A stretch of 64,000 bases of DNA from Tricharina praecox. Its lineage: Eukaryota. The stretch lies in the NCBI RefSeq assembly GCF_024521635.1, contig NW_026250408.1, positions 744,001 through 808,000 of the forward strand, written 5' to 3'. Shown here one piece after another: positions 25,401 through 37,306 of this stretch (positions are counted from its first letter, which is position 1; each line of letters starts with the position of its first letter). Below the pieces are notes generated by a model. The model made no database searches, was not told where the DNA came from, and worked only from the letters and a program-made list of their open reading frames with translations. The translations under genes and the position numbers were made by a program.

Positions 25401-28400
25401 GTTGGGGAATGGGAGTGGGGGGATTGGAGCGTGGGGGGCTGAGGAGGTTGCATCGCATATTCAGCTGCCCCGAGGGATCGGGGCAGGCAGATAGGCCGGC
25501 TACGGGAGTAGGTATGATGTGCGTAGGATACCCCTCCCTCCTCTAAATCACTCGTCTAGTATGGTCATTTAGGGCTGGAGTTCGATGGCTTCGCTGGCGC
25601 CGGATGTGAGGCTAGATGCTCGCGGTTTGCCTCGTTGGAAGGGTGGTATAGGACGCTGCCGACACATCCATCATTTGCGGACCACCCACACGGCTGTCTT
25701 CGGATCCTCGGGGATGTGAGGGAGAGGACGTGTGCATGTGGGCGCAGACGTATGGACCAGTACCTACTTTGCCCCACCTATCGCGGGAAGCCTCAAGCAG
25801 TCAAGAGCGTGCGAAGTTTGGTGATGTGTTTTGGCGGGGTCGGGTCCAATGGAAGACGAACAGACGGCAGTGTGCTATGGAGGGAGGGGAAGAGGGGGGA
25901 AAGGGGGAGAGGCGGTTTCCTGTTTGCAGACGTCGCTGGCCGCGACAAGTACCGATGCGAAGATATATCCATATCGACGTATCTACATAGTCTACACTAT
26001 CCACCGGTTGGGGGGCACTTTGGATGGATTCGGGTTTCAGCTGAATAAGCGGTGGTGGAATATGTACCGAGATATTCCATATCGCCCGCGGTGGTTGGAA
26101 CGGTGCGCGAGTGCGAGTGTGAGCAATAATCTACGGCTGCTATGCAAGTTTGATATCTACTCGTGGCAGACATAATTACTCTCCTGGTACATGAGGTGTA
26201 CCAAACCGGCAAACACACTCTACTCTAAGCGGAACTCCAGGTGGCGGTGTGCTTGCCTGGTGGTTGATGACTCCACTTTTCCCCTAACCCCTCCCGACCC
26301 ATTGTCGCACGCCTCGTGGGTGTCATCGCCGTCGTCGTCGTCTCGTCGCCAAACCGAACCAAACCAAACCAAAGCAACCCCAACCCAAGCCGAACCAAAC
26401 CAAACCAAAGCCCTCTCCAGAGTCCGCACGCTCACACACCCCCAGGCTCCCAGGCACCCACGTACCCACGCACACAGCCAACTCCTCACGCGGCGACGGC
26501 GGGCGGTGGTACTCTGCGCCGAGCACTCTGCCCCCCCGAGCACCCTACTGCGTCGTCTCCCCCCGTCCATACCTTAACTCACGCTCGCACAGGCTCGATA
26601 TCGCTCCAAGTCCTGGTGTCACCATCCTATCATGCGCGAAAACCCTCACGGTCGTTCGCGATCGGAGGATTGTGTGTGCATCGAGGAATCTGGATCGCGT
26701 CCGATCCTCAGGGACGTCTAAATTTGCGTCGCGGACAAGGATGGCACAGACGTGGGGTGTCGATGGCCGCAGAGATACTTGATCACAGCCGGGACGCTGA
26801 CACGGGACCTTGTGTTGCTTGCGACGGACTGGCATAGGCCGTCCAGGATACTTTTCCGCGCTCCGCTGCTTGCTCACCGCAGCCCCAAGGCCCACTCCGG
26901 GAAGTTGGTTAGTTCTAGTCGGACCACGTCTGCGAGAATCGTCGATGGAGGGTCAGGACCCGGCCCTCCCCATCTCTGTACGTCGGCGTGATCGGGGCTT
27001 GCGTGTCATTCCCCTCCCTCCCCCCTCTCGGAAGTGTCAGAACCCTTCCTCGTCACGCTCCATCGCTGACGGCGGGCGGAAAAAGAATGAGGTTGGTGGC
27101 GGAACTCTCCCTGATGCTGGCCGCACTGGTGCGGTGCAGAGCATAGAGTACTCTAGGTACCTACGTGGGTGGTAATGGTGGTGGTGGAGGTGCCGGTGGT
27201 GGTTGACTGCTCTACTAGTCATCCTTGCTTTCGTTTACCAGCCGAGTCTGTTGACGGAAACAACCGGTTTTCGCTGGTTGCCCTGCTTAATCGCCCTCTC
27301 GATTGCCTCAAGGATATCGACGGGCTCGGCCATCTAGTGTGACGACGTATGCCGTATACCGTATGCCGTTCAGTGACGGGTGGTCGGGCGGCTGCCAAGC
27401 ATTCACTTTCCAGGTACTTCGCGCTGCTGCTGCTGCTGCTGCTGCTGGACAGCGTAGTGTACGGTACTTTACTCTACATACAGACCGCTTGATGTTCCCG
27501 AATCGGACGGAATTATGACGATGATGACTGTCTTTTCTCGCAGCCTGTGGAGAAGCGGTTCTAGAAAGAGGCGGGAACATTGGTGCTCTGTTGGTTGCGG
27601 CAGCGGCGTCGGCAGCGTCGGCGGCCGAGACCCTGGACCCAATCATCGAGCCTGTCCTCTTTCAACGATCCAGCCCTCCGTTCCCTCGATGTGGCTTTCG
27701 TACGACGACAAATCATGTGTCTTCGGGGTCTTCGTCCCAAGCCACCGTTTGGCCCGGCTGCTCCATCCAAATGGCTGTGACCTGACTGGCTCGGATGTTA
27801 AGGGTTCAGCCCGGTCCATCCGAGCGTGCTGGCCTTGAGTCTCGACTATCCCAATGCATTACCATATCATTAATGTTTGGCTTCGGACGATGGAAAGAAC
27901 AGGAATTCGAATGTTGTTTGCGTGCCGGGGAGAGATACCCACTCTACTTGTTGGTCGGTGCGTACTCTACTCTACGCGCACTCAACTACTATGGTTGAGG
28001 CAAAGATGTTCTCGACAACGCTTTCTATGGCGATGCAGCGCAGCCGTATTCGAGATCTCGAGCAAGCCGGCCGATATGTGCGACAGCTATCTTGGAGGCA
28101 TTTTTTCCCCTTTCTCTTTCGCCGTTCTATTCCCCGATGTGTTTTCCGGTGGATAGCACTAGCTGGTGGTTTCCCGAGTCAGCCGTGGCAGTGACGGCCG
28201 GTAGCAATGGCCGGTTGCGATCTCTGTTTGGCGATGCTTTCGATGCGGTTTTACTAGTAGTCCTTGTCGAAAAGGCCCGTGGCTGACGGTCGCCCTGTCC
28301 GCCCGACCGCCTGTTCCACCCCTTGAGGTATGTAGAAGCTGTTTTTTCTCTCTATTTTCTTTTTTTCTTTTTTCAAAAACGCAATTATCGTCATGTGAAT

Positions 28401-28742
28401 CTCCCTTCAATTCATCGCCTCTCTCTCTTTCATACGGTGGTTTAGTGGTTAGGGTTGGCCGTTCTGGCTGTCTCTGGACTGTGGCTGCAGCGCCACCATC
28501 AGCCGGTTTTTAGTACGTACTTCTCTCCTCTTCGGGCCCCACACAGGCCAGGCAACACGGCGACTTGATCGACTCTGCTTATTAGTCACGCAGCAAGGCT
28601 TGGTTAGGGGCCACTCCTGCCAACCGACAGGCGACACCCAGAGCCTGCCTGGCGCTTGACGACACCCTCCCCGATCCCCATCCCAGCTTGGCGTCCCCCA
28701 ATATCGACGCGATCTCAGCCATCGGAAAGCGGGAGCAGGAAC

Positions 28743-29326
28743 ATGAAGCCACCGCCAGAAGTCCACCCCCAGCCTATCTCCACGCCCGAGCCTGCCCTCC
28801 AGTGCCCTTGGGATGCCCCGGGCTGCCTGCTGAGCCACCCGGCCCACTCCTTCCCTCCCACCATGGCCAGCCGCAAAAAAAAAAAAAAGAGTACATACCA
28901 CACCCCATCTTTGAACTTCCCACCCCTTCCCCCGACTACTCCCATCCGCACTAAGAGTCCATGCACTCTGCTGCGTCCCAATTAACAGCGGCTTTCCCTT
29001 CTTGGGGCAAACAGTACTCAAGCGCTGAAACAAGTAATGGGCGGCCAGTTTCCGGTAGTGTCGCCACCTCACCGGTCAGGACCTCGGACTCCCCAGGTCC
29101 AGACCTCCCTGCTTCTGACCGATCTCGACATCCCCACCCGTCTGTCGACCTGCAGCCCGCACGTCTGAGCTTTACCTATATGGTGCCTGGCATTCGTCGA
29201 AACTTGGAGACAGTCCTTGCTATCACTATTCTTCACGCCTCCTCCCGCTCAACTTCGATAAGCATACACTGCACGCTACCCACACGATCCTCGACCGTCC
29301 CCCTCTTTACCTGGTACCCGTCGTAA
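28743..29326 (+). promoter_or_regulatory. Candidate uORFs in the frq leader
   Basis: ATG-initiated short ORFs at 28743-28985, 28813-28833 and 28961-29326, upstream of the frq ATG. The transcript start is unknown. Confidence 0.4.
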
Positions 29327-29519
29327 CACCCACCACCACCTCCACCACCATTACCACCACCCCCCTCCCCGACCGCAAAGCCTCTCGCTGAAGTCGGAAA
29401 AAGTCTTGCCATTCAGCACCAGCCGCGCTCGCCCTGCTTGCCGACACGAATAAGCTGAAGTCCTCCACTCCGCGGGCTGAACACCAGCCACGCTCCAACT
29501 CCGTCAACTCGAGTTGGTC

Positions 29520-32500
29520 ATGACCAGCCGCCTTGCACAGTCTAACGGGTCGGCTCCTCTCCATAACACCACCACCATCACAGTCAATCGCACTCTACCC
29601 ATAATGTCTGCCCCGCAGCCCCCTCCCCAGGTCTCCGGCCAGCATATTCCCCGCTTCCAGACCGGCAATCATCGACGCAAGCCGCCGGAGCAGTCGGCTC
29701 CCCTATTTCAATCCAAACACTCCCAGCCGCAACATGCTGCTCCCAAGGACATAAGGGAGCCGCCGCACCTCACCCACAGAAACCAAGATTCCCAAAACCC
29801 GAACGTCGATCAGGCCCCTAGCCACCCAGACAGCGGGATGGGCCTTGAATCTAGCTCCTCCTCCAACGACGGCCCCGGCCAGTACCTCGAACAACCATCT
29901 GGCAGAGGTGGCGCGCAACAGATGCAGCTGGATTCGTCCGCTGGAAGTGGAGATTCCTCTGGAGCTGAGGGCATGCTAGCAGCAAATGGTTCTGGTGGCA
30001 GCGGTCAGTCCAAACTGACGCGAAAGAGTACCGCTGAGGACTGGTTCAACGCCTTCAACCGTGACGTCCGAGGCAACCAGAGTTATCCCAACTATGACAG
30101 TACGTGATGTCTTCTTTTCAGCAATCGTCTGGTATGATTTTTTGTCCAGCACACAAAATCTTACAAGATCTAGATGATTCTCCCTACTATTTGCCGAGTC
30201 AGCACCGCAAGAAACACCAACAAGGAGCCCGGAGTGCTTGGCCACCGAGGGTTCACAGTGGAGGATTCCCGGAGCGGAGCAGCATCCCGAATAGTTACCG
30301 TGGAGGTCCAGTACAAGTTCTCGAGAGCACCGAAGAAAGCAATAGCGACAGCTTTCGCAGTGTGATTGATGACTTGACCATCAAGAGTATTGCCCCCCTT
30401 GGTTCTCGGAGCGCTATACGTCCGAAACTTCGAACTCTTCCGACCTCCCTCCCTCTGCATATCCAACCGTTCAATGTTGCTGATCGTGGGCGTGACAACT
30501 AGATCAAAGGCTTAAACGCCGGTTGCGACGCCTAGAAGGCCTCCATGGACAACATGCTACACATGCAGAGAGGCTCTTTGAGCTACGAGTACATGACTTG
30601 CCGGAGTAAGCTTTCCACTTATAGTGCTGTGCATACATTATATAACGTTACTGACCACGCTACTCGCATCTAGGGAAAAGAAAGCAGAGCTTGAAAGAAT
30701 CCTGCAGTCATTTACCGCGAACATCGAAAACGAGAGAGCCGCCCAGGAACCCAGTTCCAGGAACGGGTTCCCTTCAGGTAACAGGTCCAGCGCTATCGAC
30801 TCTGGATATGCATCAGTCTCTCGGTCCGGAAACGACTCTTCTGTGCCGTCGAGCGGACAGGGCCGGGATTCGCGCCGTGATGATAGCGGGAAGCCTTGGC
30901 CAAGTTCGCACTCCAGTGCACATTCCAACTCGGAAACTACCAAGATGAAACTTGTAGTGCGCAGGCTGGAACAATTATTTACTGGCGGTGTTGCTGGAGC
31001 AGATGATGGACGGGTGGGACTGCAGCAGAACGTTTCGGACCTGGCCAAAGCCGAGGACAACGAAGCAACACTGATGGGCGGTGGATTCCTTGAAGAGGAG
31101 GGCGCCCGTGGTGCATCACTAATGTCACCGCCGCGCAATCCGTTCATCGATTCGGATTCCAAGGAGTCCCTTCTAACCGCCGATGAGCCCGAGCAGAGAC
31201 CGACCAGGCCCATCGACCTGGACCCCCAGAGGGAGCAAGTCGCGGTCGACAACATTGAGTATCTTACCCACCTGACCGGGTCTGGCACCAAAGGTGTGGG
31301 CACGGGTGGGGGCTGGGTATATTTGAACTTGATGATCAACATGGCTCAGCTCCACACCATCAATGTCACGCCGCCTTTCATTAAGAAGGCTATCGCCGCT
31401 GCCAGCGACAATCTGGAACTGTCTCCCGACGGTAAGATGGTTCGGTGGAGAGGGAACGGCGAGATGTCTCCGCCCGAATTTAGCATGTCGTCAGGTAGAG
31501 GTGAGGGCAGCAGTGATGATGGTTGTCGACGGGGGTTTGAGTCGTCTGGGTCTGGATCCGGTCCCGGTATCAACGAACCCGAGCTACAGCCGGTTGAAAA
31601 GAACGGCACCGACCACCGATTCCACTACAAGCCGATGTTTGCGCGATCCCAATCCTTCGACGAAGAATCCTCCAGTCTCGCGACGAGCAGCGACACCGAT
31701 CCCGAAGCGCCGAGACGAAGCAACTCTGGCGAATCGCGCAATTCCAGCAGCAAGCGGGATTCGGGGCCGATCATCTTCTACAAAGGAGGAGGATTTTGCA
31801 CCGACCTGACTTCCCAGCCGCTGCGCGAGGAGGAGGGTGAGATGGACATGACGTACGAGCGAGCCACGAGCCGACCCCTCGGTTCGGCAACGCGCTGTCC
31901 GCCGTCGCCCAGCACCAGGGACGATAGCCCATTGTTCCGGCTGGGAACGGCATTCGCCGAGCCCCAATTGTACACGTCGAAGATGGACGCCGATCCCGAT
32001 GATTTGAGTGACATCGAATTTTCGCCGCAATTCACCGCCACATCCCCGACGATGAACCCTGCCGTGCCGATCGAGTTCGAAGCTTCGGGAGTTGGCGGGG
32101 TTCTCCCAGCCGACAATTTCGCGATTAATTGCCAGACGAGACATTATCTCCTCCCCGATAACCACGGTCGTTTGCCCGTGTCGAGGTCGAGGGCTCTGAA
32201 GTCCAAGCTGCACAAGCGAATCCTGCATCGCATCCCCAAGGCCTCTATCGATGCCTTCCACGACAAAGGAAATGCGACCGATTCTTCTGCCGGTTCTTCG
32301 TCTTCCTCGTCGGAGACCAGTGGAGCGCCTTCCAGCCGACACAGACGGCCAGTCAGACACGAATTGCTGTCCGCCAACACTCTGAGGCTGCCTCCGTCGT
32401 CGCTTCCCCCAGCATCCTACATGTTTGCGTCTCCCAGCGAAGATTCGTCATCGAACGGAGAAACCGACTCGGACGATGCGCCGCGGTCTTCTGGCTCCGA

Positions 32501-32897
32501 AGGTTATTTCTTCCACCAATCACTCGATGCGTATCGAACATCGTCCGGTGAAGAAAACGAAGCCGCCACCGGGTTCCAGCGATCGCCCAGTTCCGCCGCC
32601 ACCGCAGGTGATGGGGGGAGCAGGAGGGAATCCAGCGTCTTTTCGGATCACATTGCCGATGGCCAGAATTACAATGACCCGACTTACGACGACCCCCTGT
32701 CTATGGACAGCGAACAGTCCAGCGACAGCGCAGACATCGATGTCCAGTTCCTCGGGGACGATGCGGATGTCGACAGGCCGAATCTGAAGAGATCGCGCGG
32801 GAGCGTCATCAGCTCCACGAGCAACCACCAGGCTCGCAAGTCTGTTCGCATGACGAACATCAATTTGCAGAGCAGCACTGAGAGCGACGAGTCATGA
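29520..32897 (+). CDS. frq: FREQUENCY circadian clock protein (~1039 aa from first ATG; 1011 aa from ATG 29604)
   Basis: Exons 29520-30099, 30174-30386, 30503-30605 and 30674-32897 join in frame (3120 nt). FRQ motifs in order: AEDWF, FRSVIDDLTIKNQRLKRRL (coiled coil), LFELRVHDLP, KLVVRRLEQLFTG, EQRPTRPIDLDP, GWVYLNLMINMAQLHTINVT, FHYKPMF, GPIIFYKGGGFCTDL, EASGVGGVLPADNF, SSAATAG. Ser/Asp-rich PEST-like tracts are present. Confidence 0.95.
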
Positions 32898-34056
32898 GTG
32901 TTGTGAAAGGGAGGTGTTTTTCTTTTTTTTCTGTTTGGCGGGTGTTGGCGGTTTTTTCTTTCTTCGGATTAATGGCACGAATGAGTTCCATTGGTCCTTT
33001 TGTTGTTTTTTCTTTTTTTCTTTCTCTTTGATCAGTAGGGAATGCGGCTGGGTTGCATCTTCAGATCACCTCTTTTATTCGTTTTCATCACTTCATACCA
33101 TCACCTTCATTTTTTTTGGTGGTGGGGAGGGGTTTGCTTGGGTTCACCAGCTTTGTAGGTTGGTGTTACGCTCTATTTCAGCTCATGTTTTTTTTTCTTT
33201 TCTTCATCGTTTTGTGTTTGGATGGCGTTTGCGCAGCGGCATTCCTGAGATTGTTCTCTCTGGTTCATTATCATTGTTATTCTTAGAGGTTTTTATTTCT
33301 CACCGTGTTTCTGAATGTTTTTTTTTTCGTTACGGCGTACGTGAAATCAAGTATCTTGCATACTCAAACTCTCCTGGCTCGCTCCGTGATCAACACGATA
33401 GATACGGTGTCGTGGGTGGCAATGGCAATCCGCAAATGCATGGTTGAAGTGGCAGTGGCAGTGATGGTGATCTCGAGACGGTGGAAGCATGGAAGCAGTG
33501 CTGAGCGCTCGAGGGATATCCGAGCCAATCGGAATAGTTGTTTGCCACGCTCGCTCGATCTTCGCATTCCCCGGCGCAGGGTCGAGACCCGACAGCTACA
33601 TACATTCATATCGCAGCGTTGTGCTATCTTGGCGGCAACATCGGCAAGCGAATTTGAGCTGTCAGCCATGGTTATCAAGCATGTCAGGGAATTGAAGGGA
33701 TGTACTGTACGCATGATTTATAGGGAACAATCGGAGATCTTCAAGCCGAGGACGTTTCGTCGACGATCGTCTATGGACGCATTGAGTTTTTACACATCAA
33801 GTTTGCCCCCATCCATCTCATCCATACCTGGCATACCCATGTCCCCCGCTCTCTCTCTCAAACCAAAGTGCCAAGCCATAATGCACGCGCGCGCAGCACA
33901 CCCAGTGCCCAGTGACCACATGCAAGACATTAACGCGTCGTTTTCATCTACATATTAAAGTACACAAGTATCACGCGACCCGTCGCACCCCACCTCACCG
34001 CACGTAAAAAAAAACCAAAAAATACCACACCCGTCGCCCGCCCGCCTGCCCACGCA

Positions 34057-35225
34057 ATGTCCCGCGACCCCGTAACCAGCACCTACAGCCGCTTCCTGAC
34101 CGGCGCGCGCACGGGCGAAGACGGGCTGACGTACAAAGAATCCGTGCACCGCGCAGTTAGCTCCGACTTCTGGGGCACCATCTCAGCAGCGGGGCGAACG
34201 CCGCGCGCCGTGGCATGGCGCACGCTCGCCGACGAGCGCGCGGACGGTGAGGGCGCACACTCGCTGCGCTTCCTGGCGCGCCGCGTGATAAACCAGAACC
34301 TGCAGCACCTTGGACTTGACGCGCTGATGGCTACGCCCTGGGAGCCGCTCGGGAGGTGCGTTTGGGAGGATGTTATCGCTACGTACCATACACCCCCTCG
34401 ATGATGAGGAAGGCGGAGGCAGGGCTGATCGTGCGAACCAGCCGCCAGGACTCCCTAATCCTCTGGCAGTTATTCGCGACGGCGTATGGTCCGCTGCCCG
34501 CGCTGCAGACGCGCACGTATACGCTTCCGGCCAGCGAGCGGCTGCAGCCGCTAATCAACGCGCTCGTCTCGCCGAGTCACAGCTGGCTGGTGAAGCTGCG
34601 GCTGCGGCTGCAGATCCCCAGCGACGACGGCGGCGACGGCGGACTAGACGTCAGCGTGCTCCCCGCGCTGCAAAACCTGAAGGCACTGCACATTACCGGC
34701 GCGGTGGGCGTGGACGACGGAGTGGTGCGCGCGTGGGGCCGCGCCGCCGTGCATGATCGGCGGTTTGATCGGCTGCAGGTGATGAGTCTAAGGGGATTTG
34801 TGGGAGTTACCGAGAATGTACTCGCGTATGCGGCGTGGATACCGAGCTTGAGGTGGCTGGACCTTACGGCGTGTCATTGGAGCGTGGCGAATACCGGCGG
34901 GAGGTGGGTGCAGGTCGGTGTGGAGGAGTGGGAGGAGGGGAGGAAGCGGGAAAAGGAGAGGGAGCGTGACGGCGAGATAACTCCGGTGGTGAAGGTGCGG
35001 ATGGGCGGTTATAAGAAGCCCGGGAAGAAGAATATGTCGTATCAGGAGATGAGGTTCGTAAGGGTCGAGGAGCCGGCCGGGGAGAGGAAGCGGAAGGCGC
35101 CGAGTACGGCGGAGAAGAAACCCGTGCAGAAACCGGTGATGCGGCAGAAGCGGTTGAAGAACATGGGCGATCTATTAGCAGAGTTCCAGAATCCTCCACC
35201 GAGGGGCAGGGGGAGGGGGCGATGA
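34057..35225 (+). CDS. Uncharacterised protein with LRR-like repeats and basic C-terminus
   Basis: Exons 34057-34382 and 34442-35225 join in frame (GTACCA..GCTGAT..CAG). GC-rich coding-like codon use. LRR-like segments LQNLKALHI, LQVMSLRGF and LRWLDLTAC; NLS-like ERKRK and RQKRLK. Confidence 0.75.
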
Positions 35226-35546
35226 GTGGGGTGGGGTGTGTGGTGAGGCCGTGTGTTTGAGCGATTGCATTAGATAGGATACCCCCCAGGAACATCATTC
35301 CTCCGCATTAGATACATTATTATTATTTGATACATCTCCATTCCCACCGCGCAAAACAAAACCAAGGTAACCCACAAGCCAGTCATACATCATCATAAGA
35401 AGTATCCAATGCGTTCACCGCACTCCCATCCCTACCGTCTATCGAGCAGCCACTACCACCACCACTAATTCCCATTTAAACCGACATGAAAAAAAAGTTA
35501 TTTACTCGAAAGCATTCATCCTCTTTTCCCCTCCCCCTCAATAAGC

Positions 35547-36590
35547 CTACGCAGACCCAAGCGGCCTACCAGGCGCATTGAACCCAGCGTTCGAGCCAGA
35601 GCTCGACGCCTCACCGGTCCTGGGCCCACCACCCACCGCAGGCAACATCTCCATATAGTTCAATTCGCTGCGCCTCTCGAGGTTGACGTACCACGGCAGA
35701 CGGAACAGCAGGAATCCGAGCTTCTCCTCGACTTTCTTGAGGATCCACTCGCTGGGCTCCAGGAGGCGGAGGTAGCGGCAGGCAACTGTAACAAACAACC
35801 AACCATCACATCAGTCATCACTCACTTCAGACCATACACCGGGGGGAGAGGGGGGACAAACAAGCATAGCCGATGATGAGACCGCAAAAGTGGCCGAGTA
35901 CGTTCGAGCCCGGCCACAGGAAGCTAGCAAGCACCATCCAGATGATCGGCGTGGTCCAGGTTGGGATCTCCCAGCCGACGACGGTATAGTTCGGCTGGAA
36001 GCCGCTGGTCTTGACGCTCTCGATGGCGAGGAAGGTAAACACCAGCGCACTATCCTCCCATCAGCTCACATTCCCATCCCATCCCAACCCATCATAGGAG
36101 AGGGGAAGAACGTACCTCGCGCCCATAACCGCCTCGCTCCCCCGGAACACAAACATCTCAATGCCGAGATACAGACCGGCAGGGAACGTGACCAGCGGGC
36201 CCGCGATCAGCAGCGTGGTCTTGAGCGTGCCGACCTCGCGCTCGAACCGCTCCAGCAGCGGCGTGACCGTGATGACGTTCAGCAGCGCGTGGATCCAGCC
36301 GACGTGGATGAGCGGGTAGGTGTTGAGTCTGTGCACTACTCCAGGTCAGCCTCACGCTTCCTTCCTTCCTTCCTGAGGGGGGGAGGGGTACTCTGTGTGA
36401 GATCCATAACAGCAGGATCGAGTCTCCACAGGCCCGCGAGCGGCACCCCGCACACGCACAGGAAGTGCACGGTGGGCACGGCGACGAGGACCGCGCGTGT
36501 GAGCAGCGGTAATCGCCGGAGGTAGCTGGTGAGGCGGTTCATCCATGCCGAGACGGAGATCTTGACGGTTTCGGCTCCCTTATCTGACAT
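35547..36590 (-). CDS. RBD2: Rhomboid intramembrane serine protease (Rbd2-like)
   Basis: ATG 36590, three introns. MHRLNTYPLIHVGWIHALLN, ERFEREVGTL, catalytic G-A-S split by an intron (VMGA/SALVF), GHFCG His, YLRLLEP. Stop at 35547. Confidence 0.88.
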
Positions 36591-37306
36591 TGCGAACGTG
36601 GGACTTGAGGTGACGGGTGACGGTGGTGTGTGTGTGGAGATGGATTTTGGTGCGATTGTTGCGAATGGTTCTAAGGGGGTCCTGGATCTGTCCGTCGGAG
36701 TGGCTATGGCCCGTGTATATACGACTACTGTTTTCCCTGCAGCCTGGCCTGGCCTGGCTGGCGACTCGACAACTTTCTTTTCAGGGTGCAGTGCCAAGAT
36801 TTTGTCACATGCATTCCATACAACGTCACTCGAGCAATGGTGGAGGGCACCTGATTTCCTGAAGGTTTATCCTCATTGACAGCTTTTATTCGTAAATGTG
36901 CGAGAAAATAGGCAAGCAAGCAAAGCGAGACTCCACGAAATGCTATAGAACATTTTGTGCTGGCAATGGAATTATCACTGCACAGTCACAAAGCAGCACT
37001 CGGGTAAGACCGAGAAAGAAAAGAAGAAAAAACCAACATTCCATATAATCATATAATCAAAAACAAAACGGAAGCAAGAAAGAAGAAGAAGACAGACTCC
37101 TCGCAGCAAAAAACAGAAACACAAGAGAAATCAAGCCCGAATGAAACCGAAACGGCGAGAGAAAAAGATGTAGGCCGGTCGTTCCATGCCAATAATTACA
37201 GTCAAATACGCAAAGCAAAGAACAGAAGCAATGGCCAATAGAGCAAACGGTTAAGCGGTAGGGGGGTACAGTAGTAGAAGCCGGTGGGTACCTCTTGTTG
37301 CGTCTC

